Shown: positions 11,750 through 25,303, counted from the first letter of the stretch. The stretch: 64,000 bases of DNA from the human T2T-CHM13v2.0 reference genome, Homo sapiens (GCF_009914755.1 NC_060927.1); one strand, 5' to 3'. Numbers and translations are program-made. The notes: a model not told the origin generated them from the letters alone.

Positions 11750-14700
11750 TTGTCAGATTCCTTTTCTGCATCAATTGATATGATCATGTAATTTTTCTTC
11801 TTTAGCCTATTAATATTTCAGATTACAATGACTGATTTTTGAATATTGAACCAGCCTTGTATCTTGGGAATAAACCCCAACTTGGTAGTCACATATGTTT
11901 TCTGAAACTTTTCCATTACAAATTCAATTCCTTTAAATTTTGGGGCTATTCAACTGATCTATTTCATATTGAGTGAGTTGTGATAGTTTGTGTTTCTTGA
12001 GGAATGGGTCCATTTTATCTAAGTTGTCAAATTCGTGTGTGTAGAGTTGTTTGTAGTATTTACTTATTATTTTGATGTCTGCAAAATCTGTAGTGATATC
12101 CCCTTTCATTCCTGGTATTGGTAATTTGTATCTTCTCAAGTCTTGCTCAAGGTTTGTCAGTTTTATTAATCTTAAAAAAAGCTCTTTTTTTGTTGATTTT
12201 TCTCACATAATTGTTTTTCTGTTTTCGATTTTATTGACTCCTGCTGTTATCTTTATTATTTTCTTCCTTCTGCTTGCTTTGGGTTTATTTCGCTCTTTTT
12301 CTAGGTTCTTTAGGTAGGAACTTAGATTGTTTATTTGAGAAGTTTCTTCTTTATATACATGTAGTGCTCTAAATTCTCTTAGTATTGCTTTAGCTGTATC
12401 TAACAAATTTTGATATGTTGTATTTTTCATTTTCATTCCATTGTCTGCATTTTAAAATTTCTCGAGACTCCCACTTTGACATTAGATTATTTAAAAGTAT
12501 GTTCCTTAGTTTCCAAGTTTTGGAGATTTCCCTATTACCTTTCTTTTACTGATTTCTAGTTTGATTTCATTGTGGTCAAAGAACATACTTTGTATTATTT
12601 TAATTATTTTAATTGTTGGTGTTTGTTTTATGGCCCAAGTATACTACATCTTGGTATATGTTCTGTAGGCACTTGACAAAATGTTTACTCTGCTGGTAAT
12701 GGGTGCATTGTTCTGTAAAAGTCAGTAACATCATACTGATTGATGGCGTTGTTGAGTTTCTTTTGTATCTTTGCTGACTTTCTGTCCATTTGTCCTATTT
12801 GTTATTCAGGGAGGAATGTTGAAATCTCACAATACGATTTTAGATTTGTTGGTTTCTCCTTCAGTTCTGTAAGTTTTTGCTCCTGCATTTTGCAGTTCTG
12901 TTGTTTGGTGCATACACACTTAGGATTGCTGTGTCTTTTTGGTGGATTTACCATTTTATTACTATATAACATTTTTCTGTGTCTCTGTAATTTTCTTTCA
13001 CCTGAAGTCTCTTCTTTCTTTTGATTAATGTTTTCATATCTTTATCCATCCTTGTACTTTAAACTTGCCTTAGATCATTGTATAGATAGCATATAGTTGG
13101 ACCATTTTAAATGAAAATCCTTGCTGTAAATCTTTTTATTGTATATAGACCATTTACATTTAATGTGATTATTTATATCTTAGAGCTTAAGTCTTATTTT
13201 ATGTTTTGTTCTGTTTGTTCCCGCTGTTTTTCACATCTTTTCCCCTGCCATTTATGGGTTACTCTAACTTTTTTTTAGAATTTCATGTTGATTTGATAGC
13301 TATTTTAGCTGTTTCTCTAGGTATTAAATTATATATACATAACTTCTCAGTCTACTGGTATCATTATCCAGTTCTAGTGAAGTGTTGCAAACTTATCTGT
13401 CTTCATGTTTGATTAGACTTTCTCACTTATAATATAGTTGTCTTTAAATAGTTCCTCTTTACACATTTAGAATTACAGAAGACAATGTTATAACTTTTTT
13501 TTGCTTCCATCAAGTATAATTTAGAAAACTCAAAAAAGAGTGAAAGTCTGTTTTATTTTTGCCATATTTTTGCCTATAGTTTTCTACCTTCCTCCCTTCT
13601 ATATATTTCTGTTTAGAAAACATTAGCCATTCTTTTAGTGACAAATTTTCTTTGTTTTCCTAAGAGAATTGTCTTGATGATCCGTTTATCGCTGAATAGA
13701 TATTGGGATTCTCAGTTGACAGTTCTTTTCTTTCAGTGCTTCAAAAATATTGTTCCACTTCCTTCTTGCCTCCCTGGTTTCTGATGAGAGATACGCTGTC
13801 ATTTGAATTGTTTTCCTTTTATAGGTAGGGTGCCACTTCTCTCTTGCTGGCTTCTTGATTTTTTTTTTTTTATGTTTAGTTTTCAGAAGTTTGATCATAA
13901 TGTGCCTTATGGATTTTTTGAGGTTTATGCTGTTTGCAATTTTCCCAGGTTCTCAATTCCAGAAATTTATGTGTTTTGTCAATTTGGGAAATTTTCAGTC
14001 ATTAATTCTTCAGAGACTTTTCAGCCCTGTCTTTTTTCTCCTCACTTTCTAGGACTTTGATGACATGAATGTTATAGTCCCATAGATTCCTGAGGCTCTG
14101 TTTATATTTTTTCAGTCTATTTTTTTTCTGATGTATTCTATTTGCTAATATTTTGTTGAAATTTTTTGCACTCATGTTCTTGACCTTGGTCTGTAGTTTT
14201 CTGGTTTTTTGTTTATTTATTTATTTTTTAGAATTGCCTGTTTGATGTTGGTATCAGGCTAATGCTAGTCTAATTAAATGAATGAGGAAGTGTTCTCTCC
14301 TCTTCCATGTCCTGAAAGAAATTGTGTAGAATTGGTGGCATCTTTTTCAAATTTTTGGTCAAACTGGGCCTGGAGATTTCGTTTGTGGAAGATTTTTAAA
14401 AAACACAGATTCAATTTCTTCAATAGTTTTAGCACTATTCATATTATGTATTTCATCTTGGGTGAGTTTTATTAGTTTCCAGTTTTCAAGGAACTGGTCT
14501 ATTTCTTCTAAGCTGTTGAATGTATATGTATGTGTGGAATTGTGTGTGTGTGTTTGTGTGTGTTTTTCTTTTGTAGCATTCCTTGTTATCCTTTAAATAT
14601 TTGTGGAATCTGTAATGATATTCCCCCCTCTCATTCCTGATATTGCTAATTTGTTCTATTTTTTTCCTTTGTCAGTCTTGCTAGAGAATTATTAAGTTTA

Positions 14701-16594
14701 TCACTTTTTTGAAAGAACCAACTTTTGGTTTTACTGATTTTCTCTACTGCTTTTCTGTTTTCAATTTCATTGATTTCTGCTACTTATTTCTTTCCTTTGC
14801 TGTAAATGTGTTTTGCCTTTTTTTGGTTTATTAAGGTAGAAACTGAGTTAACTGATTTGAGACCTTTTTTCTTTCCTAATGTAAGTATTTTATGCTACAA
14901 ACTGCTACAAATTTTCCTCTAAGGACTACTTTAACTGCATCCCATAAATTTTCTATGTTTTACCTTCCTTTTCTTTCATTTCAAAATATTTTCTGACTTC
15001 TCTTGAGACTTCCTTTTTTACCTATGGATTGCGTAGAAGTGGGTTGTTTAATTTCTGAATGTTTGAAGACTTTTTGTTATCATTTATTGATTTCTAGTTT
15101 AATTTGATCATTGTTCAAGAACAAACTTTATATTTCAGTTCCTTTTATTAAAGTTGTTCAGCTTTGGCTTATGAGTCAGAGTACAGCTTATCTTGGTGAA
15201 GGTTCACTGTGTTGTTGAAAATAATGTGTATCTTGATGTGGCTGGGTGGAATGTTCTACAAAATTCAATTCGAAGTAGTTGGTTGAAGGTGTTGTTGAGT
15301 TCTGCTGTATCCTTAGGAATTTTTTTGTTTCCTAGATCTACCTATTACTGAAAGAAGTTTGTTGAAGACTTCAACTATAATTGTGCATATGCCTATACCT
15401 ATTTCTCCTTTCAGTTCTGTCAGTGTCGGTTTCAAGAATTTTGAAACTATGTTACAAGGTGCATAAACATTTAAGATTATTACGTCTTCTTGATGATTTG
15501 AATATTTTATTAATATTCAATATCCCTCTTTACCTCTGATTGTATATTCTTTTAGAGCAGGCCTGCTGGCAGTAGATTCTTTCAGTTTTCCTTCACTGAG
15601 AATATCTTTATTTCACCTTCATTTCTGTGGAGTTTTTCACTGGATATAGAATTATGCATTAACAGTTCTTTAATTTCAGCACTGAAAGCATGTTGTGCTA
15701 CTTCCTCTGGCTGCCATGGTATTCTGATGAGAAATCTACAGTTACTTAAATCATTATTTTCCTCTAAAAATACATCGTGTTTCTCTTGCTGTTTTCAAGA
15801 AGTTTTTTATAGCTTTTAGTTCAGTAATTTTGTTATGTTTGATGATGTGACTCTTTTGGTTTATCCAGCTTGAGTTTGCCAAGCTTCTTGAATCTGTAGA
15901 TAAGTGTCTTTTGCCAAATTTGAGAAGTTTACAGCCATTGTTTCTTCAACTATTTATTCAGCATTATACTCCTTCTTCTCTTTTTCTGGAACTCTGATGA
16001 CATGAATGTTAGGCCTTTTCTTAGTGTTCTGTATGTCCCTGAGGCTTTGTTCATTAAAAACATATATATTTTTCTCTTTACTATGCATATTAATTTCTAT
16101 TGATCTATTTTTAAGTTATCTAACTCTTTCTTCTGTCATCTCCAATCTGCTATTGATCCCATACAATGAGTTATTAACTTTGGTTATTGTATTTTTCAGT
16201 TCTAAAATTACTATTTGGTTCTGTTTCATACTTTCTATTTAATTACCAAGATATTCTATTTTTTCATTTATTCCAAATGTGTTTGTGATGCTTACTGGAG
16301 CATTTGTATATAGCTACTGTAAAGCCTTTGTCAGATAACTTCAGTATCTATGTCATTGTAGTGTTGATGTCAGTTGACTGCTTTTCGAGGCAATTTGAGA
16401 TTTTTCTCATTCTTTGTGTGCCCAGTAATTTGGATTATGTTCTGAGCATTTTGAGTGTTATAAAACTCTGCGTCTTTTTTAAATTTGATGAAAGTTGTTA
16501 AAATTTTTGCTGAAGCAGGCAATCAAACTGTTAGGTTAAGACCACAAATTCCAACCTCTACCTGTGGGAACTGTTGCAAATGTAGTTTCCATTT

Positions 16595-16900
16595 CTTTTC
16601 TTTTCCTCCTCCTCCCCCTCCTTCTTCCTCCTCCTCCCTCCTCCTCCTCCTTTTTCTTTCTTCTTCCTCTTCCCTCACCTCTTCTTTTTCTTCTTCTCCT
16701 TCTTTCTCCCTTCCTCCTCCTCTTTTCTTCTTCTTTTTCTTCTTCTTCCTCTTCTTCTCCTTCCCCCCTCCTCTTTTTCTTCTTCTCTTTCTTTCTCCCT
16801 TCCTCCTCCTCCTCTTCTTCTTCCTCTTCTTCTCCTTCTTTCCCTCCTCCTCCCTCTCCTCCTCTTCCCCCTCCTTCTCCTTCTTCTACTTCTTTTCCTC
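16595..16900. repeat. Polypyrimidine (CTT/CCT) low-complexity tract
   Basis: ~300 bp almost purely C/T. Confidence 0.95.
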
Positions 16901-17048
16901 CTTAACATTTATCAGTTTATTATAAGGAATATTGCAAAGGATAGATAAAGATGAAGAGATACATAGGGCAAGATATGGGAGGAGGGGTGCAGAGCTTCCA
17001 TCCACCCTGTGGGAACCTTCACATGTTCAGCTATCTGGAAGCTCCTCA
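16901..17048 (-). mobile_element. MER21-like LTR fragment
   Basis: 'gatgaagagatacatagggcaagatatgggaggaggggtgcagagcttcca...catgttcagctatctggaagctc' matches recalled MER21-type LTR sequence. Confidence 0.65.
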
Positions 17049-18789
17049 TTTCCATTTTTAAAGCCTTTGCAGTGCAATTCTGATGTGTCCCATATGTGTC
17101 CCTCAGTGGTTAGTTAGAGACCTTGCCCACGGTCTATGTGTTCATTCAATTCTCAAAGTCTTTGGTTTGTTGATTAGGATCAGACTCATGCATGCGGAGC
17201 TTGCAGTGAGCCCAAGTGTTCATAAATAGCTATGGGGTTGCTTTCCTGAGATCCCCCTCTGAACTCTTCCTGGTACTTTCAGTTTCCTAGTGTTTCTCTT
17301 GTTGGCCTTCTGGCCTGATAGCTGGGGCTTTAGTTACTTTTGCCATGCATATCTGTAACTGCACAAATGTCCAGGCCCACGTGGCAGGAGGACAGAAAAA
17401 GAATAAGATGCAGTGGACGGGTTGTCCCACTCTCTTGGGATCACCACCCTATTGATTGGAGAGGAAGATGTCCTTCCCTTAGAGTTTTGGCTCCTGCTAG
17501 CTCCAGCTGCAGCCTCTGTCACTGCTTACCTTGGATTGCTCAGGGGACAGGATGAGAGAAAACAGAGAGAAGGAAATAAAAAAAAAAAAGAAAGTGGGAT
17601 TTCCATACTGTGTTCTGAGTGTCAGAGGCTCCCTTTCCTCTCTTCCCAAGCCAGTAGTACGAGGCTTCTTCTGGAGTACTGTTTATACCCCAGTGCTCCT
17701 GTTTGAGTTTCAGGGTGTGTTGTATTCAGGCCAGGGGATACAGGAAGGGAAAAAGTGATAAACTCACTACCATTTTGGTGGCACTTCAAAGTCTAGTCTT
17801 CCTCAATCCATCTGCTACTATTTATTTTTCAGGGTCCTCAAACAACTGCTCTATGCATCCTATGTAGATTTTATAGTGTGTTCAATGGGCGATCCAGAGT
17901 AGAGTGTGCCTCCTCCATCTTACCTGGATGGGGACCTCAAAACATGCATTTAAAATTCACTAACACCTATCACCCATCATAAAAAGGCTTAGACCATACT
18001 CTGAGAATTACTGGTCAAAAGCAGTGTGTCTCAATCTCCCATTTTTTTCTAATACAGGAACAATTATATGTTTATCAGCCTTTTAGTCATAACACAGTGC
18101 CATTAATTAAATATTGTGACTTAAGGTCTTAGATTCTCTAAGCATCCTTAAAAAGTTATATAGCTGGATATTACTTTAGCTCTTGGTTAAAATGTAATCA
18201 AGACAGTGATTAAAGACAGACTCTGGTTTTTATCCAAAGTTGAGAAAAGAAAAAGTACTGCTTTGGAAGACATTGTCCATTTTGTTCAGCATTGTTTAAA
18301 TAAAACATTCCCCTTTGAATTTCATGTAAAGAAAAGGTTCATCACTTCCTATGGACTCTCATGTTTCTTACATGACTTAGGTTCTCTTTTCTGGCTTCCA
18401 GAAATCTCAGATCCTCATATATTCTTGGTTCAATTACACTGGATCTCCTTAGCTAGGTCTCCTGAAATAACTGTTTTTCTTCTACTATGTTACATGGATT
18501 TTTCTATTTTATACTTATTGTATTGATAGACACCAAGTCATAAATGAATTTGATGCAATGGTGGGATTATTAGTTTCCTGTCTTTGATTCTTTGCCATTT
18601 TTGGTATTTCCAAAAATCATGCTGATTTTTAAAAATATGAAACTTAAATGAAATAATTACGTTGAACCTGAGTGATGAGCACTTGTGATTTTAGAATGAC
18701 TATTGATTTTGTATATACTTGAAATTCTCCATAATAGAAAGTTAAAAGTTTTTGGTTTTTTTTGTTTGTTTTTGTTTTTGTTTTTTTTT

Positions 18790-20320
18790 TAGAAATGATT
18801 ACACAGTGCAGCTCTGGTATAATAATAAAAGGGCAATAATTGAAATAGAATGACTAGTCCTGTAATATTAATAGAATAGCTAGTCCTGAAATAGAATAGC
18901 TAGTCCTGAAGCTAGAACTAGCACATTAAATTCTGATGTATATGTTGAAGATGCAATAATAAATTAGCAGGAAAAGGAAAGATTTTCAATAGATATCTTG
19001 TAATGGGTTAACTATTTGTGCAGAAAAAAAGTTCACTTTCACTGAATACAAAATCCCAAAATTAATTCTAGTTATGTCTAAAAATTAAGTGGAAAAAAAT
19101 TGAAGAAAAAATATAAAAACTAAGTGATTTTTTATTGACCTCTCTATTTGAGGAAGAACTTCTTAAGGTAAAAACAAAAGATAACAATCACAAAAGGTCA
19201 AAGATTTTATCACACAAATATTTCACACTTTGTATTTTGAAAATAAAAAAAGCCACAATAATCCAAAAACAAACTAGGAATATTATTTGCAACAAATATC
19301 CCTGGTAAAGAGTAAGCAGTCTACATCTGTGCTAAACTTACGTAAATGAATAAAATGAACAGTAAGACTCAAGCGGATAAACAGTCAAATGTCTTGATAA
19401 TTTACAAAATAAGAAATGGCTAACAAACATGCAAAAGAAGTATGTTCTTCATTAATAACCTATTAAGGGAAATTAGACCTATTAGATATTATTTATCTGC
19501 CAAATGTGACAGTTTTATGAAAAGTGCAGTAAAATAGTTTTTTAAAATAATGATAAAGATTTAATCAAGCTATTTTGTCAAGAGCTTTAAAGCTTTAAAA
19601 TACCAAGCATTTGATCCAATAATTCTCCTCAGGGAGTTTATCTTAAGGATAAACTTTATATCCTTAAGTTAATGACATATATCCTTAATTCTAAACATAC
19701 TCATATATAAAATATATAATTATATATTATATGTGTATGTATATATACACACATATACATATATATGTGTCTGTATATACATACACATAAGGTCAAAGAT
19801 TTTACCTTTGCCATTTTTGGTATTTCCAAAAATCATGCTGTTTTTTAAAAATATAAAACTTAAATGAAATAATTACGTTGAACCTGAGTGATGAGTACAT
19901 GTGATTTTAGAATGGCTAGTGATCATGTATGTATGTATACAGACACATATATATACATAGATACATGTATATATATACATATAATACATAATTATATATT
20001 TTATATGAATGTTTAGAATTCTGTAATAAAAACTTTACTGCAACTACTATATGAATGATCCAACAAACAATTGCACATACATTTGAAACAAATGAAAAAA
20101 GGAGATTTCAGCATAAAAATAGAAGATATAAAGAAGAACCAAATAGAAACACACAGACACACACACACAGACAAACACACACTCACAGATGTTTGCTGTA
20201 GCCTTAGGAAAAAAAAAATCTAAGACAACTTAATTGTCCAAAGTTATAATGACAGTTCAGTAAATAATTGTATATTTGTATAAGGAATATTTTGCAGGCA
20301 ATTTGAAATGATATTATTTT
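18790..20320 (+). mobile_element. Old L1 (L1ME-like) ORF2 3'/UTR fragments, interrupted at ~19650-20170
   Basis: 'aagaaatggctaacaaacatgcaaaag', 'tttgatccaataattctcctcagggagtttatc', resumes at 'cagatgtttgctgtagcc'. Confidence 0.6.
19687..20020. repeat. Imperfect AT-rich inverted repeat (~100-bp arms) enclosing duplicated segments
   Basis: aattctaaacat...atatatgtgtctgtata vs tatacagacacatatat...atgtttagaatt; spacer copies 19194-19209 and 18590-18714. Confidence 0.9.
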
Positions 20321-20323
20321 TCT

Positions 20324-20525
20324 CCAGGGGCTTGGGATATGGGAAAAACATGGTGTCATTGTTGAATGGACACAGAGTTTCTGTTTGAAATGATGAAAAA
20401 GTTCTAGAAATAGTGGTGACAGTTACACAACATTTTTGAACATTCTTAATGCCTCTAAGCTGTATGCTTAAAAGGGTTAAAACGGTAAATTTTTATGTTA
20501 TGTGTATTTTACCACAATATAAAAA
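20324..20525 (+). mobile_element. L1MB-like 3' end
   Basis: 'cagagtttctgtttgaaatgatgaaaaagttctagaaatagtggtgacagttacacaaca...tatgttatgtgtattttaccacaat'. Confidence 0.8.
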
Positions 20526-20646
20526 TAATTATTTTGTTGTAGGAAAACACATAATAAAAAAGATCCTATGTTAAAAATGAAAATGTTTATATATATGTTA
20601 AAGGGAATCCACTGCTATTTTTTTCCATTAGAATATACTAATTCAT

Positions 20647-20978
<332 letters not shown>

Positions 20979-21315
20979 TTAAAATCATGAGAAGAGCTTT
21001 AAAATATCTAAAAATTCTCAAGATCCACCTCGTATTTATTGAACTATCATTTCCAGGGGAAGGCTTGTTCTATTTTAGTTTTAAGTTATTTTAAAAAATA
21101 AAATCTATAATTGATTATAATATATGTCCCATATTAAGAACTATTCTTCTAGATTATTAGAGGCTGAGAGGAAGCAGAACAATTATAGTACAACACCAAA
21201 TGTATCAAGATTAAAGGAAAATAGTCATACATACCAAACATACACAGAGATTTACTAAAAAGTTATCAGCAGATATATTTGTCAGAATAAAAGATACCTG
21301 ATATTTCATTGTTTA

Positions 21316-21317
<2 letters not shown>

Positions 21318-21351
<34 letters not shown>
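21318..21351. repeat. (GT)n microsatellite
   Basis: Pure GT run. Confidence 0.97.
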
Positions 21352-21356
<5 letters not shown>

Positions 21357-22098
21357 ATTTCAAATTTTCCACAAAGGGCATTAGATATATAATCAGCAAA
21401 AATTTTTAAGAGAGAAGCAGTAAGTAAATCAGTGAACATGTTCCTTTTGAAGAGAGGTTTCCCATTTTAAAACTAGAGATTACCAAAAATCTCAACTTCT
21501 ACTAAACTGAATGTTCTTGACATTACAGCCAAGCATGTTGTTTGTATTCAGTCAATTGAAATATGTGAAAAAAAAGAACTTATTCTGTTAGGGTTACAAT
21601 ATGGCAAAGGACCAAGTCCTCCCCATCTTTTCCTTTTCTAACCTTGCTCATTAAAAGCACTGAATCTATGGGCTGTTTTGGTTTCTCAGGGTCTTATCAT
21701 GCTTACAAACAAAGATGCAGCTGTATAGGTCCTTAGTGCTGCTTCTGTTGGGGCTGCTTCTTTATTCATATTTAACACCTTCCTTACCTTAAGGACTTGC
21801 AATAATCAGGCAGAGCTTCAAAAAATCAGATCCTGGGAGTAAGACATTTTGACCAACACTTCAGTTTCTGTGAAATACATTTTTCCTCTTGTTCACCTTA
21901 AAATACCATGCCCACCTCCATCAGACTTTGGAAAGGAAGAGGACTTTGTGGGTTAGTGAGCACATTAGCTTTTAGGAGGGCAGAACTTGAAGGGCAACAG
22001 GTTGATTATGCTCCCTTCCAAAACACCACCCAAGATTAGGAGCTGGATCGTCAGTTACTGAGGAAAGGCTCTGAGACCCAAACCAAATGGTGTTTTAG

Positions 22099-22565
22099 TG
22101 TTGGATATTTTCCTTTTGCCCCTCCAGATCCACTCTCCATAATTCCTTACCAGCTCTGGGCATAGACTCCATCAGCGGGCTCCCTCGCCCTCTGACTTTC
22201 CATTAAATGCAGTCAATTAGAGGCATTGTCAAGAAATGTGAGAGCGACGCCCGCAGTGCTCATTTCCCTTGCTCCTTCCTCTGCAGTTTGGTGGTGTCTT
22301 TCTCCTGAAGGCCACAACTCCTGTGAGGCAGCCCTCAAGTACAGCTAGAGCTATCCTCTCCAGTTCCAGGAACTTCCTGGTTTCGTCCCCTTTCCCCTTC
22401 GAGCTTGGGGTGATACAGCCCTTCTGTAGCTAAGCACAACGTTCCGACCCACCTATTGCTGGTTTCCCTTAACCCAACCCACATTTTTATAAACAACTCT
22501 ACACTTTTGTGAAATTCTCCTCAACTGTACCATGGAAAGGAGCCATGTGTACCCTGCCAAGACTT
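22099..22565 (+). mobile_element. LTR33-like ERVL LTR
   Basis: 'gcccctccagatccactctcc...ggctccctcgccctctgactt...gaaggccacaactcctgtgaggcagccctc'. Confidence 0.7.
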
Positions 22566-22939
22566 TAGGCCACACTTCTCTTGATGTTCAGTAATTTTTT
22601 TCTCGTTATGCCTTCCCTAAAGAGCTAACTATAACGTCTGCTAGCCGAATGGCAGTGATGGCTTCAAGATGAGGCCTCTTTACGTGATCTTGTGGGATGA
22701 GGAAAGCTTCATGGCAAAAGAAACACATGTGAGGCCAGATGTGCTCATTGAAATCAATCAACATTCATCAAAGGCATGATGCCAGGATTCACCCTCAACC
22801 TTCAGAGATTTTCTGATCTAAGTAAGTGCAGCCTTAAAACACTGGCCATTGACAGTCTCTATCTAAAGCTCACACCAACAATCCAATCAACTCAACAAAT
22901 GCCTTAAGAGTACAGTGAGGAGTGTTGGTTTAGGTAACC

Positions 22940-23165
22940 AACATATAGTAGATGTTCACTATTTGTGACACACCCTGCTACTCGCTCTGCAAACCTACCA
23001 CATTTCACTTTAGTCTTCCCAACTCCCCACACAGCACATATTATTACCACCTTACTGATGAGGAAAGCAAGGCACAGAAAGGTCAGGTAACTCGCCTGGG
23101 ACGCACAATGAGCAGAATACCCAGCATTCTGATGTAGGTCTGCGGGACTCCAGCCAGGCAGGCTC
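22940..23165 (-). mobile_element. MIR
   Basis: 'ttactgatgaggaaagcaaggcacagaaaggtcaggtaactcgcc'. Confidence 0.65.
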
Positions 23166-23272
23166 TGAAGGTTTAGAGAACGTTCTCAGAGAAACAGCAT
23201 TGCAGATGATAGCCTTGTATATAAGTCCAGGCTCTCCTGGCCTGGGTGAATTACTTTGAACACCTTACCTAA

Positions 23273-23592
<320 letters not shown>

Positions 23593-23879
23593 TAACTTTT
23601 CTGATTCTTACTTTTCTTAACCATAAAGAAGACAAAACAGTTTCTACATTCCAAGTTAATTTTGACTATTAAAGAAATAATATGGAGGAAGGATTTTTAA
23701 ATTTTTAACGGTTGTAAAAATACGATTTATTCCTTTGGTTTTCTTTTCCCAATCCCCCAGTACCTTGGAGGTAGCGAATCTGATTCCAGTTTCCATTTCC
23801 ATGAGATAACCGACAATAGACCAGATGAGCTCTGACTTTCTCAGTAGCAATGTTAACAGTCATAACGATGCCAGTAAAA

Positions 23880-24100
23880 ACAATAATAATTATGCTTCTA
23901 TGAACAACTCACATTCACTGACCACTAATATGTGCCAGTCACTTTCCTTGGATTAACTGATTTAATCCTCACATCCCCTCTGTGGGTAGACATCATTATC
24001 ATTTTTTGGATGAGAAGACCAAGGTTCAGAGAGCTTAAGTAACTTGTCCAAGGTCACACTACTATGAAGAAGCCCCATTGGGGTTTGAATTTACCTCTAC
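23880..24100 (-). mobile_element. MIR
   Basis: 'atttaatcctcaca...gatgagaagaccaaggttcagagagcttaagtaacttgtccaaggtcacac'. Confidence 0.8.
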
Positions 24101-24107
24101 CCCTGGA

Positions 24108-24382
24108 GTTGCGCTATTGAATACAGTAGTCACTGATTATGTGTCATATAGCACCTTAAATGTGATTGGTTGGGATGCGCTGGATTTTGAATACTTAATA
24201 TTTTAAAAATGAAAACATTTCATTAATCATGGTATACTGATTACATATTTTGGATATACTGGTTTAAATAAAATATATTATTAACATAAATGACAATTTT
24301 TCCTTTACTTTTTAAAACACAGCTACTAAAAAAATTGAAAACTACATCTGTGGCTTGCATTATACACCCATTGGACAGCACT
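24108..24382. mobile_element. MER33-like hAT-Charlie element
   Basis: 'attttggatatactggtttaaataaaatatattatta...tgtggcttgcattata...ttggacagcactg'. Confidence 0.7.
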
Positions 24383-24485
24383 GGAGTGGAGCAAGAGCTC
24401 TGAGGCCCTGCCCCAGCCTTCACTGGGCCTAATTCTAAAACTGCACCATGTACAGTAGCAACAGAGAACAGCAGACATTTGCTTT

Positions 24486-24783
24486 TTCTCTTTTTTTTTT
24501 TTTGAGACGGAGTCTCACTCTGTTGCCCAGGCTGAAGTACGGAGGCCCAATATCGGCTCACCACAACCTCTGCCTCCTGGGTTCAAGCGATTCCCCTGCC
24601 TCAGCCTCCTGAGTAGCTGGGATTACAGGCACACACTACCATGCCTGGATAATTTTTGTATTTTTAGTAGAGATGGGGTTTCACCATGTTGGCCAGGCTG
24701 GTCTTAAATTCCTGACCTCGTGATCTGCCGGCCTCAGCCTCCCAAAGTGCTGAGATTACAGGCGTGAACTACCGCGCCCAGCC
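24486..24783 (-). mobile_element. AluS (Sg-like)
   Basis: 'gacctcgtgatc'; TSD agacatttgcttt. Confidence 0.95.
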
Positions 24784-25265
24784 AGACATTTGCTTTCCAT
24801 AACATTTATGGGGAGCAGGGGTGGAGGAAGGGACCAAATCCATATTTGTGTGGCTTCCAGAAAGCTACAGCTTTGCAGATTTATCTTCACCAAGAGAGGG
24901 ATCTGCTTCTTGGGGCTATGACATGTGTGTCTCTAAATATCCTGGTGGTTGAATCCAGTCTGAAAGCAAACATTTCAAAGCCTTTGGCAGAAGCTGTTTA
25001 GAGACAGGCTTTCAAGCCATCAGGCCAGCAGATGATGTTTACTTCTTATGACAAAATAGTGAAGTCAAAATTGTATTTCATAGCAGTTACTTTTATGTCC
25101 TGAGAATAGAAAAATCCCTTCCAATGACCAAAACACCCCTGCACAACCTCAAATCCCATTAAATAAGTCTGTGGCTTTGCCACTTTGTGGAAAACAGTGC
25201 TTCATCTTTCCAGTCCAGACAGGTCCTTAACCTCCTGAGATACTTCTTGCATTAGCAGAAGGTGA

Positions 25266-25271
25266 GTGTGT

Positions 25272-25302
<31 letters not shown>
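25266..25302. repeat. (GT)n microsatellite
   Basis: GT run with one interruption. Confidence 0.95.

Positions 25303-25303
<1 letters not shown>

Noticed and set aside
16485-16925. Ser/Phe/Pro-rich and Arg/Glu-rich ORFs
   Set aside because: Translations of a stop-free polypyrimidine tract.
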